This document shows positions 41,320 through 51,008 of a DNA stretch of 64,000 bases, in pieces. Source of the DNA: Spirochaetia bacterium (GTDB taxonomy: Bacteria; Spirochaetota; Spirochaetia; UBA9216); contig OY776510.1 of the NCBI GenBank assembly GCA_963675665.1, positions 2,560,001-2,624,000 on the forward strand, read 5' to 3'. A model generated the notes under the pieces. That model was not told the origin of the DNA, ran no database searches, and saw only the letters and a list, made by a program, of their open reading frames with translations. Position 1 is the stretch's first letter, and each line of letters begins with the position of its first letter. The position numbers were made by a program, and so were the translations under genes.

Positions 41320-42462
41320 ATGCACCAACCATTTACTGTTTATAAAAGAAAAACTACCAGAAAAAGAAAGTATGTATATTATGTTCTATTTCGAGATGAA
41401 GATGGGAAAAGATTATCTGGGAAGAGTAGTGGAAAGCACTCAAGAGCAGAAGCTACTGAATGGGCTAGAAAGCAATTAAATCCAACATTATATACTTATT
41501 CAGCAATAACATTTGGTAAATATGCAGAAAACTGGTTTATCTGGGGTAAATGTGAGTATCTGAAAAGAAAGTTAAGAAGAAGAGAATACTCAAGAAGCTA
41601 TGCTGAAGGGCAAAGAGGTTTATTAGAGAATCTAATTTTACCTTATTTTAAACACAAACTACTTTCTGAAATCACTCTCTATGATATTGAAGAATGGCTT
41701 TTCTCAGTTAAAGAAAAACTTTCTGCAGCTTCAGCCAACAGATCATTAACTGTTCTTAAGATAATATTTAAAGAAGCACTAAGAACAGGAAAGATATCAA
41801 GAAATCCAGCAGCAGATATTGAAAAACTTCCTGAACCCATTGTACATAAAGGCATATTATCAGCAGAAGAAGTAAAGAATTTATTCTTACCAGATTCTCT
41901 TCATTCTATTTGGAAAGGAAATCTTATTCATTTCACTTTAAATCTATTAGCTGTAACAACTGGAATGCGAATGGGAGAAGTATTAGCTCTACAAGTCTCA
42001 GATTTTCATTATGATTACATAGAAGTTAATCATTCATGGGATAGAAAATATGGATTAAAAGCACCAAAAGCTAATTCATATAGGATGGTCTCTTTACCTC
42101 AGATTACAAGTCAATGCTTTAATCAACTTCTCGCTAAAGATAAGTATCAAGATCCCTCTACGATTGTATTTCATGGAACTTCACTTAAAAGGGCTATAGA
42201 TCATAAAGCAGTTTTAAAATATTTTTATCGAGCCTTGAACGAAAGCGGTATTGATGAAGAAGAAAGGTTGAAAAGGAATATCACATTTCATTCACATCGA
42301 CACTTCTTTAATACATTTATGCGTGGACGTATTGCTGATTCAGAACTTCAAAAACTAACAGGACATCGTACTCAAAAAATGACTGAACACTATGACCATC
42401 AACAAATTGAAAGTTTTGATAATATTCGCAAAGTTCAAGACCAGATTTTAAATCAAAGTTAA
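41320..42462 (+). CDS. Tyrosine recombinase/integrase
   Basis: TTGMRMGE (R), APKAN (K), FHSHRH (HxxR), TGH, EHY (Y). Confidence 0.95.
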   Translation: MHQPFTVYKRKTTRKRKYVYYVLFRDEDGKRLSGKSSGKHSRAEATEWARKQLNPTLYTYSAITFGKYAENWFIWGKCEYLKRKLRRREYSRSYAEGQRGLLENLILPYFKHKLLSEITLYDIEEWLFSVKEKLSAASANRSLTVLKIIFKEALRTGKISRNPAADIEKLPEPIVHKGILSAEEVKNLFLPDSLHSIWKGNLIHFTLNLLAVTTGMRMGEVLALQVSDFHYDYIEVNHSWDRKYGLKAPKANSYRMVSLPQITSQCFNQLLAKDKYQDPSTIVFHGTSLKRAIDHKAVLKYFYRALNESGIDEEERLKRNITFHSHRHFFNTFMRGRIADSELQKLTGHRTQKMTEHYDHQQIESFDNIRKVQDQILNQS

Positions 42463-42539
42463 TAGTTTTCTAAATTTAAATCCGATTATTATAAAATATG
42501 CTATTATTTATATAATGAAGTAAGATAAAGAGAGTTAAA

Positions 42540-43439
42540 ATGATTCAATATGAAAATTGTAGTTCAATTTGTCCATCCCCCTTTTATAATTACATATTTA
42601 AAAATGTATATTTTAACAATCTTAAGCTCTATGAACCCCCAGCTGAACTTCCTAAAGGTATAAAAGGACATAAAAGAGGTAGAAAAAAAGTAGAGAAAAT
42701 ATCGTTAATAAATAACAACGCAATAGAGCAGCACTCAATTGATCTTCCCTTTCATAATGGGAAGTACGAAGGATTCCCTTTGCAATCTGCATTTCTACGA
42801 GAACAATCAAAATTTCAAATTCGAGATCGATCAATTCGTTATGTAGATCAAAGAAACTGGATTCTTGGGTATAATTCTCTTCACAATATTGAGCTTTTTG
42901 TTTTTCTTCCTCTTATACAAATTTCTCTTAATCAAGAAGTGATTGTCGACAATCTATTTAAAGAATATAAAACAAAAAAAAATGAAGTTTTACCACATAG
43001 TTTATTTTGCAAACAGTTATTCATCTGGCCAGAAGTAATTAGTATCGGTCGAGATAATCATATCTTTAATGATGGTAATAACGCAGATGCTGACGATCAG
43101 CAATCTTTACTAAAAGTTCCTAAATTTTTAATAAATCCAAGATGTGGCAATAAATTAGCAATCAATGAACATGTAAAACCGATAGAAACTGAATATAAAA
43201 AAGACAAAAATGATATGTATACTGATCGTTATTTCTTCATGTTCTATGATTCTCATGGAACTCTTATCTACCTAAGAACATTGCCACGATTGAACCAAAT
43301 TCTCCCTGTTGAACCTTTTAACTTTACGATTCCAGAAGGTTGTATTTGGCGGAATCTACCCCAAAATTCACATCGTAAATTCTCAGAATTACATCAACTA
43401 TCTGATATTTCATGGATATTGAAAGATATCATGCCATAA
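42540..43439 (+). CDS. Hypothetical protein
   Basis: 299-aa ORF in AT-rich DNA with GAGAG RBS-like sequence; no motif recognised. Confidence 0.65.
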   Translation: MIQYENCSSICPSPFYNYIFKNVYFNNLKLYEPPAELPKGIKGHKRGRKKVEKISLINNNAIEQHSIDLPFHNGKYEGFPLQSAFLREQSKFQIRDRSIRYVDQRNWILGYNSLHNIELFVFLPLIQISLNQEVIVDNLFKEYKTKKNEVLPHSLFCKQLFIWPEVISIGRDNHIFNDGNNADADDQQSLLKVPKFLINPRCGNKLAINEHVKPIETEYKKDKNDMYTDRYFFMFYDSHGTLIYLRTLPRLNQILPVEPFNFTIPEGCIWRNLPQNSHRKFSELHQLSDISWILKDIMP

Positions 43440-43547
43440 TTACTTTCTTTTCTTCTCACTCTTTTACGGTAAAAATAAACCGTTTTTAAAATTTGTTCTT
43501 CTTTTTACTATTTAGGAAAGAGATAAAAGTAAGCGGTAATTCTTACC

Positions 43548-45101
43548 CTATGCCTTAATCAGCCCAGGAGTCAGGTTGAACGGAAGCAGTGCTTCATAAT
43601 CAGCCGGTGTTTTGCAATTTGGAAGCTGTCTGAAAACGTAGTAGAAATAATCATAGACCGAGAGGTTCTGCATTTTAGCTGATTCAACAAGGCTGTACAA
43701 AATTGCTGAAGATTCGGCGCCGTGTTCTGTATCAGAAAACAACCAATTCTTCCTGCCAATCACAAAAGGCCGGATTGCGTTTTCGGCAATGTTGTTGGAC
43801 GGCGTAAGTAGCGGGTCTTCCAAATACAAGTTTAACTGCTTCCAATTATCCAGCGTATAAGCAATAGCTTTTCCGAAGGCAAGTGTCGGAGGTGTTTCAG
43901 CCGCATATTTTGTCAGTAGTTCAAATAACGATTTCAAAATCGGAGAAGACCTGTTCGCTCGCTTTTTATGAAACCCCTTTTTAGAAAAATCAGCTCTCAA
44001 ATCTTCAAGCTCAAAAAGTTTCTTAATCAATTCGAGTATCTGTTTTACATCCGGAGATTTAGACAGTTCCCAATACTTGTAGAAATATCTGCGGGCATGC
44101 GCCCAACACAAAACATGCCGAATGGACTTATTCCCTTCATCGCTTAGTTTTTTCAATGCAGTATGATAAGCCTCATAATCATCAGTCTGCAGCCAGCCGG
44201 AATATTCTTGAAGAAAGTCATACGGAACTTTATGAGAGCGGCTTGTTTCATACTGGAATACGACCGATTTCTTATCAGGCTTACCCCCGAGAAATACCCA
44301 CATCCAGGATTTATCCTGTGCTTTACGGCCTTTTTCTTTCAAAACCTGTACCCGAGTCTCATCTGCGTTTATTACAGGCCCGTTTTTAATATTATCTTTA
44401 AGCAGTTCATATAGCGGCTTGCATCTTTCAGCGCATTTAATTGCCAATGTGCTCAGTGTTGCACGTGGAATATCCGCACCTATCGCATTCAACCTCTTAC
44501 TCTGTCGATAAAACGGCAGCGCATATTCAAACTTCTCATTTATAATCCATGCAAGCAGGCTTTCATCGGCAATACTTCCGGAAATGAGGTGTTTAATCCC
44601 TTCTGCTGTCTGTACTCCGGATGAATCATCAGTTGTTCCTTCACAATTTCGGCAGACATATTTTTTCTTTATCTCACGTCTGACGACTACTTTCGCAGGA
44701 ACGATGCAGAGTCGTTCAGATACATCTTCACCTATACAAACCTTCTCGGTACCACAGGCACAGGTTTTATCTTCTTCATCGATATCGTATTCAACAATCT
44801 CGCGAGGCAGGTCTTCAGAAAGCGCTTTTCTTCCCGAGTTCTTTCGAACTGTTTTTGTGTGGGCTTTTACTTCAAGGGTTTCTGATTCTATTTCATCCTG
44901 CTGCTCAAATGCGGAATCTTCTGCTTCGTTGAAAAGGGACGCCTGCTTCTTATCTTCACTGGTAAGTTTCTCAGATTTTGTTCCGAAGTGAAGAGTCTGC
45001 AGGAGGTGTACCAGTTCTTTCAATTCGGTAATCTGATTATCCTGATTTTGGACTGTTTGTTTGAGTTGAGCAATTTCGTTAAGCAAGGCTTCAGTACTCA
45101 C
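43548..45101 (-). CDS. tnpC: IS66 transposase TnpC
   Basis: FGTKSEK, CACG/CRNC zinc finger, NADET, LQTDDY, CWAHARR, SNNIAENAIRP, GRKNWLF. Confidence 0.96.
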   Translation of the reverse strand: MSTEALLNEIAQLKQTVQNQDNQITELKELVHLLQTLHFGTKSEKLTSEDKKQASLFNEAEDSAFEQQDEIESETLEVKAHTKTVRKNSGRKALSEDLPREIVEYDIDEEDKTCACGTEKVCIGEDVSERLCIVPAKVVVRREIKKKYVCRNCEGTTDDSSGVQTAEGIKHLISGSIADESLLAWIINEKFEYALPFYRQSKRLNAIGADIPRATLSTLAIKCAERCKPLYELLKDNIKNGPVINADETRVQVLKEKGRKAQDKSWMWVFLGGKPDKKSVVFQYETSRSHKVPYDFLQEYSGWLQTDDYEAYHTALKKLSDEGNKSIRHVLCWAHARRYFYKYWELSKSPDVKQILELIKKLFELEDLRADFSKKGFHKKRANRSSPILKSLFELLTKYAAETPPTLAFGKAIAYTLDNWKQLNLYLEDPLLTPSNNIAENAIRPFVIGRKNWLFSDTEHGAESSAILYSLVESAKMQNLSVYDYFYYVFRQLPNCKTPADYEALLPFNLTPGLIKA

Positions 45102-45139
45102 ATAAGAATTTTACCACGGTTAAATTCGAGTGTGAAGCC

Positions 45140-45484
45140 CTAAACGCGGGAATAATTTAATTGCTTATGCGCTTTAAAGAAATCTATTCCATCAAGCAGC
45201 ATCTTCAACTCTTCGAACTTTATCTCCCTCGCGTCTTCTTCCGTTTCCGGCCAGGGGAACTTATTCTTTTCAAGTCTTTTCTGCCAAAGACAGAATCCGT
45301 TCCGATCCCAGTAAACGATTTTAAGCAGCTTTCTTTTGCCGTTGCAGAATAGAAACAGACTTTTTGAGAACGGGTCGTTCTGCATTATATTCTGAATCTG
45401 CAGGCTCAGACCGTTCACACCTTTTCGTAAATCAGTTTTCCCGGGTCTGACGAAGTAACGGTATTCTGAGTAATCGATAATCAT
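45140..45484 (-). CDS. tnpB: IS66 accessory protein TnpB
   Basis: TDLRKGVNGL, LKIVYWDRNGFCLWQKRLE. Confidence 0.95.
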   Translation of the reverse strand: MIIDYSEYRYFVRPGKTDLRKGVNGLSLQIQNIMQNDPFSKSLFLFCNGKRKLLKIVYWDRNGFCLWQKRLEKNKFPWPETEEDAREIKFEELKMLLDGIDFFKAHKQLNYSRV

Positions 45485-45780
45485 TCGAGCTCCCCGATTA
45501 CTTTAAGAACTGATTTCAGCCCGGCTTCATCAAATCCGGCAGTTATTGATATTAAGAACTTTTTGGTTTTTATAACTATTGGGGCGGCTGAGAAGATTCC
45601 ATTTGGTTTTATTTCAACAACTGAAGAACTTCCGGGTGCTTCCTGATTGCCAATAATTTTCCTGTTTTTATAAAACGTGTTTGGATGAATCCCGATCTCT
45701 TTACAGAACTCTAAAATCGTCTTACCGCTTTGCTGTTGTTGCTCAATGACTTCTTCCCAATTATTTATTACCTTTCGCAT
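45481..45780 (-). CDS. tnpA: IS66 accessory protein TnpA
   Basis: QQSGKTILEFCKEIGIHPNTFY HTH; first gene of the IS66 trio. Confidence 0.88.
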   Translation of the reverse strand: MRKVINNWEEVIEQQQQSGKTILEFCKEIGIHPNTFYKNRKIIGNQEAPGSSSVVEIKPNGIFSAAPIVIKTKKFLISITAGFDEAGLKSVLKVIGELE

Positions 45781-45857
45781 TTATTTCCTCCTGGTTAATA
45801 ATTCCGGAGGATAATACATTTTTATATTTTAGCAAGAAGGTAAGAATTACCGCTTAC

Positions 45858-45919
45858 GTTTCAATATTATCCTTTAGAAATTCATTCGTCTCGTATTCTT
45901 CATGTGTGTAACTTGCCAT
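45858..45919 (-). pseudogene. 5' fragment of an IS66-disrupted zinc-finger gene (MASYTHEEYETNEFLKDNIET)
   Basis: AAGGAG RBS and ATG at 45919; runs into target duplication attgaaac and the IS end; joins 51009-51248 in frame. Confidence 0.8.
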
Positions 45920-46259
45920 TCTTATTTCTCCTTTTAATTCTTAATGATTATAACATCAGAAAAGTACAATAAGAACTCAATTTTCTATAATTTATAGATA
46001 TGTTAAGTTTAAAATAAAATAAGTGTTCATTTTTTAAAGCTTATATCAATAGCTAAAACTGCTCCAACTAATTGTTTTTAAATTATTATTTTACTTTACT
46101 GCGCATTTCCGGATAGGAAGTTAGACAATTTACATAATAATTATTTATATAGCAATGAGATATCTAACACTTGTACACTTTATAGATTATTGGACATAAT
46201 TTCTGGAATGCACAACTCATTCAAGAATTAAACTTAAATAGATAAATTGGAGTGAAATG

Positions 46260-46472
46260 CTAAGTTGAACTTTGTTCACATCTCGTAATAATCTCAGAAA
46301 CTGGAATCCCTATTGCTTGTGCTACTTTTTCGATTGTATCCAATGTAGGACTTATCGAGTCGTTTTCTAGCTTATAGAGATATCCCCTATTTAATCCAGT
46401 TAAATTTGCAAGCTTATTCTGAGATATACCCTTAGATTCACGAAAATAAACAATGGATTGCCCGATGTTCAT
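46260..46472 (-). CDS. XRE/Cro-CI HTH regulator
   Basis: IGQSIVYFRESKGISQNKLANLTGLNRGYLYKLEN..SPTLDTIEKVAQAIGI. Confidence 0.9.
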   Translation of the reverse strand: MNIGQSIVYFRESKGISQNKLANLTGLNRGYLYKLENDSISPTLDTIEKVAQAIGIPVSEIITRCEQSST

Positions 46473-46547
46473 GCTTGAAATATGAAGCATCAGGGAATAA
46501 AATATAATTGCTACATATTTGCAGCATGTCAAAAAGGAGGCATAGAA

Positions 46548-47084
46548 ATGAGAAAAAGTATTTTGGTTTTAATCGTCTTTTCATTTGGATTCGGTGCTTT
46601 TGCTGATGATACATTTGATACATTCTTTGAAACTGGACGCGTGCATTATACAGATATAGACGCTTTTACAGATGAAGAAACAAAAGTAGCTATGTTATGC
46701 AATATTGCAAATTTAACTGATATGGTAATAGGAACGATATATGTCAGAAAAAGTAAAAATTCATCAACAGAAGTATTCTTTACAGGCTCTCCAGAATTTC
46801 TAAATAATATATTAGGGACTCCACCAGTACTTCTATCAGAAAATGATCTATCAATAATGTATAGATTTGATAAAGCTCCAACAATAACAACAAATGGATG
46901 GTTAAATATTGATGGAACTGCTATTTTTCTGCCACAAAAAGAGGTATCTAAATTCTTACGTGGATTCTCGAAGTATAGCATATTACGGATTCGCTTAAAA
47001 ACTATTTCTGGGGAGGATATGGATATTACATATTCTGATATAGGTGCATTTGTTGAAGATTTAGAAGCAATAGGTCTTCAATAG
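46548..47084 (+). CDS. Exported hypothetical protein
   Basis: AGGAGG RBS; signal peptide MRKSILVLIVFSFGFGAFA. Confidence 0.8.
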   Translation: MRKSILVLIVFSFGFGAFADDTFDTFFETGRVHYTDIDAFTDEETKVAMLCNIANLTDMVIGTIYVRKSKNSSTEVFFTGSPEFLNNILGTPPVLLSENDLSIMYRFDKAPTITTNGWLNIDGTAIFLPQKEVSKFLRGFSKYSILRIRLKTISGEDMDITYSDIGAFVEDLEAIGLQ

Positions 47085-47129
47085 CTACTATACTAAATGA
47101 AATGGAAAAATGAAAATTCTAATAATAGA

Positions 47130-47164
47130 ACAAAGGGACCTACGAATAAATAAAGTCCCTTTGT
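47130..47164. terminator. Hairpin between convergent genes
   Basis: acaaagggac...gtccctttgt. Confidence 0.6.
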
Positions 47165-47168
47165 AATT

Positions 47169-48245
47169 CTATTCAATTAGCAAAGAACATTGCGAGAGAT
47201 TGTTAGATTTCTTCTTGTACTCATCCCATGGTAAGAAATCATTAATCTTCTTATTACTACTTATTTGATGATGTAAATCTGAAATATGTGATCTTATTCG
47301 TGATTTTTGATATGACTCAGTAGTTGATTTTGAGATTACTTCATTTAATTTGATTTCAGTAAGCCCATTATCAACTGCGAAATTCAATCCCATCATTTCC
47401 ATAGCTCTACGAAACTCTTTTAATGAAAGAGATTCAGCAAGAATAAGATTATTGAGAAAAAGCATAGCATCAAAACCACTCTTTATATTACCAAACGATG
47501 AATCAGCTTCAATTTCTCGAATAAACTTTTGGTTTTGCTTAATCCAGATATCTTTAATATTCTTCCAGTTAGTTAGATTTGAGAAATTACCAACTTTTTC
47601 CTTTCTACAGATTGAATGCCTATGAATACGATATTCTACTCTTAGAAAATTTTTTCCAATAGAATAATCTTTCAATTGAATATGTTTGCTTTTATCATAT
47701 AAGGTAAAGCTTCGGCTTTTATTGCCCCACTTGATTCCATTATAACGATAAAATTCACTTCTCGAAGTTAAACGCATTCTGTCAAAGAAAAACAGATCAG
47801 ATAGATTTTCTATCAGAAGACAAGGAGCAAAAGATAATTTAAAGTCACAGAAAATATCTAAACGATTAATTTTTAACTCATAAATATCAACATTTAGTAG
47901 AAGTTTAATACATAGAGATTTCAGATATGAGAAAAGAGAAACAGATGAATGAGAATAGAAAAAATGAACATTGATGGGAGAATTAATACGAGGAACATTA
48001 CCCATAAAGTATAAACCAGTTCCATTCATCCAAACTTCCCATTCTGTTTCAGGATCTCTGTAATTTGCTTGAAAGTAGTGAGCTTTCAGTGAAGATAAAT
48101 CTCTACTCGCAGAGATTTTAGCTTTTGAATTCCAATGTTTTGATATTGGTTCAACATTATACCCAGGAAAATACAATTTAATTGTATCAATTCCAATGTG
48201 CTCGCTAATCACAGATAATTTTTTTATTCTATTCTTCTCTAACAT
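47169..48245 (-). CDS. Putative rolling-circle replication initiator (phage/plasmid gene II/X or Rep_trans-like)
   Basis: GIDTIKL, INRLDIFCDF, TLYDKS, LRVEYR motifs; GAAGGAG RBS before ATG 48245. Confidence 0.7.
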   Translation of the reverse strand: MLEKNRIKKLSVISEHIGIDTIKLYFPGYNVEPISKHWNSKAKISASRDLSSLKAHYFQANYRDPETEWEVWMNGTGLYFMGNVPRINSPINVHFFYSHSSVSLFSYLKSLCIKLLLNVDIYELKINRLDIFCDFKLSFAPCLLIENLSDLFFFDRMRLTSRSEFYRYNGIKWGNKSRSFTLYDKSKHIQLKDYSIGKNFLRVEYRIHRHSICRKEKVGNFSNLTNWKNIKDIWIKQNQKFIREIEADSSFGNIKSGFDAMLFLNNLILAESLSLKEFRRAMEMMGLNFAVDNGLTEIKLNEVISKSTTESYQKSRIRSHISDLHHQISSNKKINDFLPWDEYKKKSNNLSQCSLLIE

Positions 48246-48379
48246 TGCTATAACTCCTTCATCTAAAATGTTAGATTTGCATTTTTTGTCATTATTAAAG
48301 GTTATTACATAGACACTAAGTCGAATAAAAACAATGAATAATGCTTTTTTTGATCCGATAAAAGAAATAATCAAGCAAT

Positions 48380-48586
48380 TCATTTGACTAACCATAATTG
48401 GCGATCTGAATGATACATTTTATTATTATCCTTCAGCCATTCTTTAATCTCTTCTTTGATAAATAGACGTCTACTCCCAAATTGAACGAATGGGATTTTC
48501 CTAGATGCCGTATACTTGTAGATCGTTGAACATGATATCCCTGTCAATTCTGAGAGTTCCTTTACCGATAGGTAAATCTTTTTCAT
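48380..48586 (-). CDS. Excisionase-like HTH (HTH_17) protein
   Basis: YLSVKELSELTGISCSTIYKY..RKIPFVQFGSRRLF..EIKEWL. Confidence 0.9.
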   Translation of the reverse strand: MKKIYLSVKELSELTGISCSTIYKYTASRKIPFVQFGSRRLFIKEEIKEWLKDNNKMYHSDRQLWLVK

Positions 48587-48716
48587 TTTTTTCTCCTTAC
48601 TAATTAGATGAGAGATAGAACAAAAAGCTTATTTTATCTGTAAGCGGTAATTCTTACCTTCTTGCTAAAATATAAAAATGTATTATCCTCCGGAATTATT
48701 AACCAGGAGGAAATAA

Positions 48717-49016
48717 ATGCGAAAGGTAATAAATAATTGGGAAGAAGTCATTGAGCAACAACAGCAAAGCGGTAAGACGATTTTAGAGTTCTGTAAAGAG
48801 ATCGGGATTCATCCAAACACGTTTTATAAAAACAGGAAAATTATTGGCAATCAGGAAGCACCCGGAAGTTCTTCAGTTGTTGAAATAAAACCAAATGGAA
48901 TCTTCTCAGCCGCCCCAATAGTTATAAAAACCAAAAAGTTCTTAATATCAATAACTGCCGGATTTGATGAAGCCGGGCTGAAATCAGTTCTTAAAGTAAT
49001 CGGGGAGCTCGAATGA
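48717..49016 (+). CDS. tnpA: IS66 accessory protein TnpA
   Basis: Protein identical to 45481-45780. Confidence 0.88.
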   Translation: MRKVINNWEEVIEQQQQSGKTILEFCKEIGIHPNTFYKNRKIIGNQEAPGSSSVVEIKPNGIFSAAPIVIKTKKFLISITAGFDEAGLKSVLKVIGELE

Positions 49017-49357
49017 TTATCGATTACTCAGAATACCGTTACTTCGTCAGACCCGGGAAAACTGATTTACGAAAAGGTGTGAACGGTCTGAGCCTGCAGA
49101 TTCAGAATATAATGCAGAACGACCCGTTCTCAAAAAGTCTGTTTCTATTCTGCAACGGCAAAAGAAAGCTGCTTAAAATCGTTTACTGGGATCGGAACGG
49201 ATTCTGTCTTTGGCAGAAAAGACTTGAAAAGAATAAGTTCCCCTGGCCGGAAACGGAAGAAGACGCGAGGGAGATAAAGTTCGAAGAGTTGAAGATGCTG
49301 CTTGATGGAATAGATTTCTTTAAAGCGCATAAGCAATTAAATTATTCCCGCGTTTAG
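49013..49357 (+). CDS. tnpB: IS66 accessory protein TnpB
   Basis: Protein identical to 45140-45484. Confidence 0.95.
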   Translation: MIIDYSEYRYFVRPGKTDLRKGVNGLSLQIQNIMQNDPFSKSLFLFCNGKRKLLKIVYWDRNGFCLWQKRLEKNKFPWPETEEDAREIKFEELKMLLDGIDFFKAHKQLNYSRV

Positions 49358-49395
49358 GGCTTCACACTCGAATTTAACCGTGGTAAAATTCTTAT

Positions 49396-50949
49396 GTGAG
49401 TACTGAAGCCTTGCTTAACGAAATTGCTCAACTCAAACAAACAGTCCAAAATCAGGATAATCAGATTACCGAATTGAAAGAACTGGTACACCTCCTGCAG
49501 ACTCTTCACTTCGGAACAAAATCTGAGAAACTTACCAGTGAAGATAAGAAGCAGGCGTCCCTTTTCAACGAAGCAGAAGATTCCGCATTTGAGCAGCAGG
49601 ATGAAATAGAATCAGAAACCCTTGAAGTAAAAGCCCACACAAAAACAGTTCGAAAGAACTCGGGAAGAAAAGCGCTTTCTGAAGACCTGCCTCGCGAGAT
49701 TGTTGAATACGATATCGATGAAGAAGATAAAACCTGTGCCTGTGGTACCGAGAAGGTTTGTATAGGTGAAGATGTATCTGAACGACTCTGCATCGTTCCT
49801 GCGAAAGTAGTCGTCAGACGTGAGATAAAGAAAAAATATGTCTGCCGAAATTGTGAAGGAACAACTGATGATTCATCCGGAGTACAGACAGCAGAAGGGA
49901 TTAAACACCTCATTTCCGGAAGTATTGCCGATGAAAGCCTGCTTGCATGGATTATAAATGAGAAGTTTGAATATGCGCTGCCGTTTTATCGACAGAGTAA
50001 GAGGTTGAATGCGATAGGTGCGGATATTCCACGTGCAACACTGAGCACATTGGCAATTAAATGCGCTGAAAGATGCAAGCCGCTATATGAACTGCTTAAA
50101 GATAATATTAAAAACGGGCCTGTAATAAACGCAGATGAGACTCGGGTACAGGTTTTGAAAGAAAAAGGCCGTAAAGCACAGGATAAATCCTGGATGTGGG
50201 TATTTCTCGGGGGTAAGCCTGATAAGAAATCGGTCGTATTCCAGTATGAAACAAGCCGCTCTCATAAAGTTCCGTATGACTTTCTTCAAGAATATTCCGG
50301 CTGGCTGCAGACTGATGATTATGAGGCTTATCATACTGCATTGAAAAAACTAAGCGATGAAGGGAATAAGTCCATTCGGCATGTTTTGTGTTGGGCGCAT
50401 GCCCGCAGATATTTCTACAAGTATTGGGAACTGTCTAAATCTCCGGATGTAAAACAGATACTCGAATTGATTAAGAAACTTTTTGAGCTTGAAGATTTGA
50501 GAGCTGATTTTTCTAAAAAGGGGTTTCATAAAAAGCGAGCGAACAGGTCTTCTCCGATTTTGAAATCGTTATTTGAACTACTGACAAAATATGCGGCTGA
50601 AACACCTCCGACACTTGCCTTCGGAAAAGCTATTGCTTATACGCTGGATAATTGGAAGCAGTTAAACTTGTATTTGGAAGACCCGCTACTTACGCCGTCC
50701 AACAACATTGCCGAAAACGCAATCCGGCCTTTTGTGATTGGCAGGAAGAATTGGTTGTTTTCTGATACAGAACACGGCGCCGAATCTTCAGCAATTTTGT
50801 ACAGCCTTGTTGAATCAGCTAAAATGCAGAACCTCTCGGTCTATGATTATTTCTACTACGTTTTCAGACAGCTTCCAAATTGCAAAACACCGGCTGATTA
50901 TGAAGCACTGCTTCCGTTCAACCTGACTCCTGGGCTGATTAAGGCATAG
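49396..50949 (+). CDS. tnpC: IS66 transposase TnpC
   Basis: Protein identical to 43548-45101. Confidence 0.96.
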   Translation: MSTEALLNEIAQLKQTVQNQDNQITELKELVHLLQTLHFGTKSEKLTSEDKKQASLFNEAEDSAFEQQDEIESETLEVKAHTKTVRKNSGRKALSEDLPREIVEYDIDEEDKTCACGTEKVCIGEDVSERLCIVPAKVVVRREIKKKYVCRNCEGTTDDSSGVQTAEGIKHLISGSIADESLLAWIINEKFEYALPFYRQSKRLNAIGADIPRATLSTLAIKCAERCKPLYELLKDNIKNGPVINADETRVQVLKEKGRKAQDKSWMWVFLGGKPDKKSVVFQYETSRSHKVPYDFLQEYSGWLQTDDYEAYHTALKKLSDEGNKSIRHVLCWAHARRYFYKYWELSKSPDVKQILELIKKLFELEDLRADFSKKGFHKKRANRSSPILKSLFELLTKYAAETPPTLAFGKAIAYTLDNWKQLNLYLEDPLLTPSNNIAENAIRPFVIGRKNWLFSDTEHGAESSAILYSLVESAKMQNLSVYDYFYYVFRQLPNCKTPADYEALLPFNLTPGLIKA

Positions 50950-51008
50950 GGTAAGAATTACCGCTTACCCTGGGCTGATTAAGGCATAGGGTAAGAATTA
51001 CCGCTTAC
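50929..51008 (+). repeat. Tandem 40-bp duplication of the IS66 right end
   Basis: cctgggctgattaaggcatagggtaagaattaccgcttac x2. Confidence 0.9.

Larger units (their letters stand above)
43529..45857 (-). mobile_element. IS66-family insertion sequence, copy 1 (2329 bp)
   Basis: 19-bp terminal IR gtaagcggtaattcttacc; tnpA-tnpB-tnpC. Confidence 0.96.
48640..50968 (+). mobile_element. IS66-family insertion sequence, copy 2 (2329 bp), inverted relative to copy 1
   Basis: Same IRs and identical encoded proteins as copy 1. Confidence 0.96.

Noticed and set aside
43529-51008. IS66 composite transposon carrying rep/xis/XRE
   Set aside because: The outer flanks (agataaaa, attgaaac) do not match each other; the cross-matching pattern fits two insertions plus an inversion
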